From the NCBI GenBank assembly GCA_021513695.1, contig CP084166.1, forward strand, positions 160,001-224,000: a stretch of DNA of 64,000 bases. Reading direction: 5' to 3'. The notes beneath the pieces are model-generated. The model had not been told where the DNA came from and searched no databases. It worked only from the letters and a program-made list of their open reading frames with translations. Shown here piece after piece: positions 59,159 to 64,000 of the stretch. How positions within the stretch are numbered: the stretch's first letter is position 1; every line of letters begins with the position of its first letter. The position numbers and the translations under genes were made by a program. The stretch is from Candidatus Heimdallarchaeum aukensis. Its GTDB lineage: Archaea > Asgardarchaeota > Heimdallarchaeia > Heimdallarchaeales > Heimdallarchaeaceae.

Positions 59159-60229
59159 ATGTGTTGTGTCTCACACATTAAAATGAAGACCTATAAATTA
59201 ATGAAAGAAGATTTTCCACAATTTCTAAGTCTTCTGCAAGAAAAAGGGAATCTTTATGGTCCAGTAAAGTCAAAAAATCATTATTCTTTCGAAAAGATTG
59301 ATGATTTGTCTAAGTTGACTTTTGACTACACAAGGACGCTAATGGGATTAAAAAAATTTGTAACTCCTCCCAAGTATAAAGTAAAACATTTTGATAAATC
59401 AGGCTCAGAGGATGTAATTCCTGAAGATGAAACAAATATAGTAATTGGTGCTCATCCTTGTGATATCCATGCGATGAAAATTCTTGATAAGCTATTTCTA
59501 GGACAGATCAAAGACCCATATTATAAAAAAAGGAGAGAAAATTTGGTGATTGTTGGACACTCATGTTTGCCAGATGAGAACTGCCTTTGCACTTCGACAG
59601 GTACAGATATGGTGTCGGATGGATTTGATTTGTTCTTAACGGAACTACAAGATTTCTATTTAGTGTGGGTAGGTTCTAGTAAAGGTTTATTTATTATCAT
59701 GTCTTCAGAAGATTTGTTTAATGATAAAATAGAAATGTGTGACATTGCAGAATATACAAGTTGGCAAGAAAACAGACAAAATTCATTCAAGACGACTATT
59801 CCATTTCATTTAATGCCTGATATAGTCCATCTAATATATGAAGAAGATGAATTATGGGATCAATTTGGAGAAAAATGTTTAAGCTGTGGTACTTGCAGTC
59901 TTGTATGTCCAACATGTAATTGTTTCAATGTTGAAGATAAGATACTTATTCATGCCGATGAAGTAGTTAGAGAAAGAATGCTAGACAGTTGTACCCTACC
60001 CTACTACTCTGTAGTAGCAGGAGATCATGATTTTAGGCCTGACAGAACTAAGAGGTTGAAACTCTATTACACTCATAAATTAAAAGAATATATAGGAAAA
60101 TGGGGTCAACCAGCTTGTGTTGGTTGTGGACGATGTGTCACTTATTGTCCTGTTGGTATAAATGTTAAAACAGTTTCAAATGCTTTTTACGAAGCGATTC
60201 AATGTGTTCGGGAGGTAAAGAAAATATGA
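59159..60229 (+). CDS. hydB: sulfhydrogenase (NADP-reducing NiFe hydrogenase) beta subunit, Fe-S protein
   Basis: 'CLSCGTCSLVCPTCNCF' and 'CVGCGRCVTYCPVG' ferredoxin-type clusters; size and order match hydBGDA. Confidence 0.7.
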   Translation: MCCVSHIKMKTYKLMKEDFPQFLSLLQEKGNLYGPVKSKNHYSFEKIDDLSKLTFDYTRTLMGLKKFVTPPKYKVKHFDKSGSEDVIPEDETNIVIGAHPCDIHAMKILDKLFLGQIKDPYYKKRRENLVIVGHSCLPDENCLCTSTGTDMVSDGFDLFLTELQDFYLVWVGSSKGLFIIMSSEDLFNDKIEMCDIAEYTSWQENRQNSFKTTIPFHLMPDIVHLIYEEDELWDQFGEKCLSCGTCSLVCPTCNCFNVEDKILIHADEVVRERMLDSCTLPYYSVVAGDHDFRPDRTKRLKLYYTHKLKEYIGKWGQPACVGCGRCVTYCPVGINVKTVSNAFYEAIQCVREVKKI

Positions 60230-61086
60230 TATCAGATAGAACTAAATTAGAAAATCCATATGAAGACCATTTGGCTACAATCATTGATTATCGCGATTTA
60301 ACAAGCGATACAAGATATTATAAGTTGAAATTTGTAGAACCAGAAGTACAAGAACACACTGGTGATTACAAACCAGGTCAGTTTGCGATGTTCTCCATTC
60401 CTGGTGTTGGAGAAGCTCCATTCTCTATATCTTCAACTCCGACAAGACCAGCTTTTCTAGAGTTTGGAATTAGAAAAGTGGGTTCATTTACTGATGCTTT
60501 ATTCAAGAAAAAAGAAGGAGATACTGTTTATATCCGTGGTCCTTATGGAAATGGATTTGACATGAAAAGCATGGAGGGAAAAGATATAGTTATAGTAAGT
60601 GGAGGATTAGGTGCAGTTCCATTAAGATCTGTTTTACTTTATCTAGAAGATAAAAGAGAATTATATAATAATGTATTCTTCCTAAATGGAGCTAGAACAC
60701 CTGAAGATATGCTTTTTAAAGAAGACTTCTTAGCTATGCATGCAAGAGAAATAATTGAAACACATTTAACAGTAGATAAAGATCCTACTGGAGAATGGAA
60801 ACACAATGTAGGTGTTGTAACTACACTATTCGAAAAAATTAACGGTCGAGTGGATAAAGATAATGCATATGCCTTAATCTGTGGGCCCCCAGTAATGTAT
60901 AAATTCGTTATAAAAGAATTGCTAAAAATGGAATTTTCAAAGAAAAATATACTAATGACACTAGAAAGAAGAATGAAGTGTGGTCAAGGACACTGTGGAC
61001 ATTGTGCTATTCACGGTGTTTATACTTGCTTAGATGGACCAGTGTTTAACTACTGGGATTATGAACGTATGGTGGAGTTGATTTAA
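60202..61086 (+). CDS. hydG: sulfhydrogenase gamma subunit (FAD/NAD(P)-binding, 2Fe-2S)
   Basis: Ferredoxin-reductase-type fold; 'GGLGAVPLRS'; C-terminal 'CGQGHCGHC'. Confidence 0.7.
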   Translation: MCSGGKENMISDRTKLENPYEDHLATIIDYRDLTSDTRYYKLKFVEPEVQEHTGDYKPGQFAMFSIPGVGEAPFSISSTPTRPAFLEFGIRKVGSFTDALFKKKEGDTVYIRGPYGNGFDMKSMEGKDIVIVSGGLGAVPLRSVLLYLEDKRELYNNVFFLNGARTPEDMLFKEDFLAMHAREIIETHLTVDKDPTGEWKHNVGVVTTLFEKINGRVDKDNAYALICGPPVMYKFVIKELLKMEFSKKNILMTLERRMKCGQGHCGHCAIHGVYTCLDGPVFNYWDYERMVELI

Positions 61087-61087
61087 G

Positions 61088-61879
61088 ATGTGGACAAGTG
61101 AGCATAAACCTATTGTTGGTGTTTTTGGTTTCAGTGGTTGTGCTGGAGATCAGTTGCGATTAATTCATATGGAGGATGAACTTGTTAGTTTATTTACCAC
61201 AGCAGAGATTAAATTCTTTCATATGGCTCAATCTCATCAAGAAGTTGAGCATGTTGACATTGCTCTAGTTGAAGGTAGTATAAATACCAAAAAGCAACTT
61301 GAAGAACTGAAAGAGATACGTGAAAAATCTACTTTTCTAGTTGCATTAGGTACTTGTGCTTGTTTTGGCGGTATTCAATATTTGAACGAGAAAGATGAAG
61401 CTTTTGAAGAGCGATTTAGACATGTATACGGTTCAAATATCAAGAAAAAAGAATTTATAGTCGGAGAAGCTATCCCTCCTCAACCTTTATGCAACTTTGT
61501 AAAAGTCGATGCCATGGTTCCAGGATGTCCAATAGAAAAAGATAATCTTTTACCTATATACACTAAATTGATAAAAGGTATTAGACCTCAAAAATATCCT
61601 GCTCCCGTTTGCGTTGAATGTAAATTGGAAGGTAATGATTGTCTTCTTCTTCACGGTATTCCTTGTATAGGACCTGTGGTCTCTGCAGGTTGTGGAGCTA
61701 TATGCCCTAGTCATAATCTCCCATGTGTAGGTTGTTGGGGTCCTTATGAAGCAGCGAACTATAAATCAATGATTGACAAGCTCGAAGAGATAGGTGTAGA
61801 TAAAGAAACAGCGTTACGCAAGATCAAGTTATTTGGCGGAAGTAAGGCAGAAGAAGAATTGGAAAAGGTGATAAAATGA
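61088..61879 (+). CDS. hydD: sulfhydrogenase delta subunit (NiFe hydrogenase small-subunit homologue)
   Basis: 'GFSGCAGD' proximal-cluster motif; further Cys clusters 'CVECK', 'GCGAICP'. Confidence 0.7.
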   Translation: MWTSEHKPIVGVFGFSGCAGDQLRLIHMEDELVSLFTTAEIKFFHMAQSHQEVEHVDIALVEGSINTKKQLEELKEIREKSTFLVALGTCACFGGIQYLNEKDEAFEERFRHVYGSNIKKKEFIVGEAIPPQPLCNFVKVDAMVPGCPIEKDNLLPIYTKLIKGIRPQKYPAPVCVECKLEGNDCLLLHGIPCIGPVVSAGCGAICPSHNLPCVGCWGPYEAANYKSMIDKLEEIGVDKETALRKIKLFGGSKAEEELEKVIK

Positions 61880-63159
61880 GTAAGGATATTAATGTAAAAG
61901 TTCTCTCTCGTGTTGAGGGCGATGGAGGAATAAAAGTATATGTGAAGAACAATAAAGTGGAACAAGTGCTAGTTGATATTTTTGAAGGACCACGAATGAT
62001 CGAAGCTTTAGTAAGAGGAAAAACTTTTCAGGAAAACGTTTCTCTCGTATCAAGGATTTGTGCAATTTGTACAGTTTCACATCGTTATGCTTCAATCAAA
62101 GCAATAGAGAAAGCTCTGAAGGTTGAAGTTCCTGAGAAGATACAATTGTTAAGAAAACTTCTACATTTAGCTGAATATATAGAATCTCATATTTTACATG
62201 TTTACTTCTTAGCCCTTCCTGATTTCTTTAGGAAACCTAGTGCTATCGCTTTACTTCCTACACATAAAGAAACTGTTGTAGAAGCAATAACATTGAAGAA
62301 GTACGGAACAGAATTAATGAAATTGTTAATGGGGAGAAAGATTCATGGAGAAAATCCACAAGTAGGCGGTTTTGGAAGAATACCAACTAATAAAGAACTA
62401 GATGAATTTGCTGAAAAAGCAAAAGAATATATTCCTCAACTTGCTGCATTTATCGATGTGTTAGCTTCACTTGAAATACCAGATTATTGCGAGAGAGAAA
62501 CAACATTTATGTGTTGTAATCCTCCAAACAATGAATTTGGATTTGAAGGAGACACTATTCTTATTTCTACTGGAGAGGAATATCCTGTTGAAGAATACAA
62601 GAAACTAACAAATGAGCGAGTTGTTCCTCATTCATATGCTAAAAGATCAAGATACAAAGATAAACCATTCACCGTTGGAGCACTAGCAAGACTTATTTTA
62701 ATTGGTGATAGACTAACAGGATTAGCTAAAGAAAAATTTGAGAATTACTATAATGAAAAATGGAAAGTTAATCCATTATACAATAACTTAGCTCAAGCAA
62801 TAGAAGCTCTCTGGTCATTTGAACAGATTCCAGAACTAGTAGAAAAAATAAAGTCTCTTCCTGACTCAGAAATCGTTGAAGTGAAAAACCTTAACGGAAA
62901 AGCAACTGCAGCTGTTGAAGCTCCTAGAGGTATACTCTATCACACCTATGAAATTAAGGATGGAAAGATGGTCAGCGCTGACATTATTACACCAACTGCT
63001 CAATTCCTTGATGATGTTGAAGAGTACATTAGAGTTGCAGCAGAGAAGCTAATTGCCGAGAAAAACGAAGAAACCGAGTTACATTTAGAAATGATTGCTA
63101 GAGCTTATGATCCTTGTATCTCTTGCAGTTGCCACATGGTAAAACTAATTGAAGAATAA
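61876..63159 (+). CDS. hydA: sulfhydrogenase alpha subunit (NiFe hydrogenase large subunit)
   Basis: N-terminal 'RICAICTVSH' (RxCxxC) and C-terminal 'DPCISCSCH' (DPCxxCxxH) Ni-Fe ligands; 427 aa. Confidence 0.85.
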   Translation: MSKDINVKVLSRVEGDGGIKVYVKNNKVEQVLVDIFEGPRMIEALVRGKTFQENVSLVSRICAICTVSHRYASIKAIEKALKVEVPEKIQLLRKLLHLAEYIESHILHVYFLALPDFFRKPSAIALLPTHKETVVEAITLKKYGTELMKLLMGRKIHGENPQVGGFGRIPTNKELDEFAEKAKEYIPQLAAFIDVLASLEIPDYCERETTFMCCNPPNNEFGFEGDTILISTGEEYPVEEYKKLTNERVVPHSYAKRSRYKDKPFTVGALARLILIGDRLTGLAKEKFENYYNEKWKVNPLYNNLAQAIEALWSFEQIPELVEKIKSLPDSEIVEVKNLNGKATAAVEAPRGILYHTYEIKDGKMVSADIITPTAQFLDDVEEYIRVAAEKLIAEKNEETELHLEMIARAYDPCISCSCHMVKLIEE

Positions 63160-63170
63160 AAGTGTGGTAA

Positions 63171-63650
63171 TTGACAGAAGAAAATTCAAACCCTTTTTCT
63201 TTTTCTTGTTTTACAAAACCAGAACACACTGCTTTTCTTTGTTTTGGAAATTTAGATAGAAGTGATGACGCTATAGGTCTTCTTATAGCTCGAGATTTAA
63301 AAAACCTTTTTCCACACGTTTTTAGTGAAGAATTCGACGACCCCATTGGCGAACTACTAATGATTCTTGAAGATGAAAGTATAGAGTGCATAACTGTAAT
63401 TGATGCATGTGATCTAAAAGCTGAAAATGGAAGTGTAATTGTATCTTCTAATATTAAAGTTGCAGAAAGTCGTTTGAGTACACATACTATACCTATAAAG
63501 CAATTGATAGAACTGATCCACAACGAAGGAAAAGAATTTGTTTTTATTGGTGTTCAAGTTTATAATGTAGAATTTATGGGAGAAATGAGTGAAGAAGTAT
63601 TAAAAGCTAAAGAAAAAATCCTTTCTTGGTTTGTTAAAGAAAATCAATGA
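63171..63650 (+). CDS. hydrogenase maturation endopeptidase (HycI/HyaD family)
   Basis: 'CFGNLDRSDDAIGLLIARDL' with the metal-binding Asp; sits immediately after the large subunit. Confidence 0.65.
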   Translation: MTEENSNPFSFSCFTKPEHTAFLCFGNLDRSDDAIGLLIARDLKNLFPHVFSEEFDDPIGELLMILEDESIECITVIDACDLKAENGSVIVSSNIKVAESRLSTHTIPIKQLIELIHNEGKEFVFIGVQVYNVEFMGEMSEEVLKAKEKILSWFVKENQ

Positions 63651-63948
63651 GTTCTCTCATTTTTGAATAAGCATCTATTCCTTTTCTTGTAATTGAATAA
63701 TATTTTTTGTTTTTCCCTTTTATTTTTGAAGAAATCAGATTCTTTTCTTCAAGCTCATTGAGATGTTGGTATATTGATTGAAGCGATTTTCTTTTTCCTA
63801 GAGCTTTCCAGATAGCGTAACCGTGATTTGCTTTCTTTCTGGAAATCAGATCCAATATTTCAAACTTTGTTGTAGATTTTTCAGAAAGACCCCATACTGC
63901 TTTTTTAATTCCTCTTAATTTAGAAGCAAATATGTTTAACGCATTCAA
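63634..63948 (-). CDS. PadR-family transcriptional regulator
   Basis: wHTH 'ILDLISRKKANHGYAIWKAL...IYQHLNELEEKNLI', the PadR pattern; 104 aa. Confidence 0.6.
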   Translation of the reverse strand: MNALNIFASKLRGIKKAVWGLSEKSTTKFEILDLISRKKANHGYAIWKALGKRKSLQSIYQHLNELEEKNLISSKIKGKNKKYYSITRKGIDAYSKMRELIDFL

Positions 63949-64000
63949 GCCTGACCCAGAAAGAAGAGCAACTGTAGAATCGACGTTGATTCCTTCATTT

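Overview
AT-rich (roughly 30% GC by eye), lysine-rich coding sequence that is clearly archaeal. Markers: TFB with an N-terminal Zn ribbon, a histone-fold protein, tungsten-type AOR, 2-oxoacid:ferredoxin oxidoreductase alpha and beta subunits, a four-subunit sulfhydrogenase operon with maturation protease, the archaeal radical-SAM wyosine enzyme Taw1, and a class II AsnRS. I found no rRNA, no tRNA (no GC-rich islands in the intergenic AT-rich DNA) and no CRISPR array. About 55 credible protein genes are listed. Most small ORFs antisense to large genes are spurious.

Main observations:
(1) A perfect ~3.35 kb tandem direct duplication (9281-12628 / 12629-15976). Its junction truncates the second Taw1 copy and leaves a C-terminal fragment of a gamma-class N6-adenine DNA methyltransferase. 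Each copy carries a HEAT-repeat gene and a ribbon-helix-helix (RHH) gene.
(2) A ~1.85 kb TnpB-only mobile element (23635-25481) of visibly higher GC. It is bounded by a perfect 16-bp inverted repeat centred on TTACGTAA. Its tnpB reading frame is continuous except for a single in-frame TAG.
(3) An uncharacterised two-gene module lying between the separated POR alpha and beta genes: a 994-aa SF2 helicase with an N-terminal double Zn ribbon, followed 4 bp later by a polytopic membrane protein with a C-terminal PH-like domain.
(4) Two tandem ~690-aa paralogues with a TPR-like helical N-terminus and a shared C-terminal Roadblock-like domain.
(5) A sulfation toolkit: fused Sat-CysC, a sulfotransferase, and a TauE/TSUP exporter.
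(6) An ABC system with two different ATPases; the second carries an AbrB-like domain plus a Zn ribbon.
(7) Repeated palindromic operator candidates upstream of trmB and around the histone TATA box.
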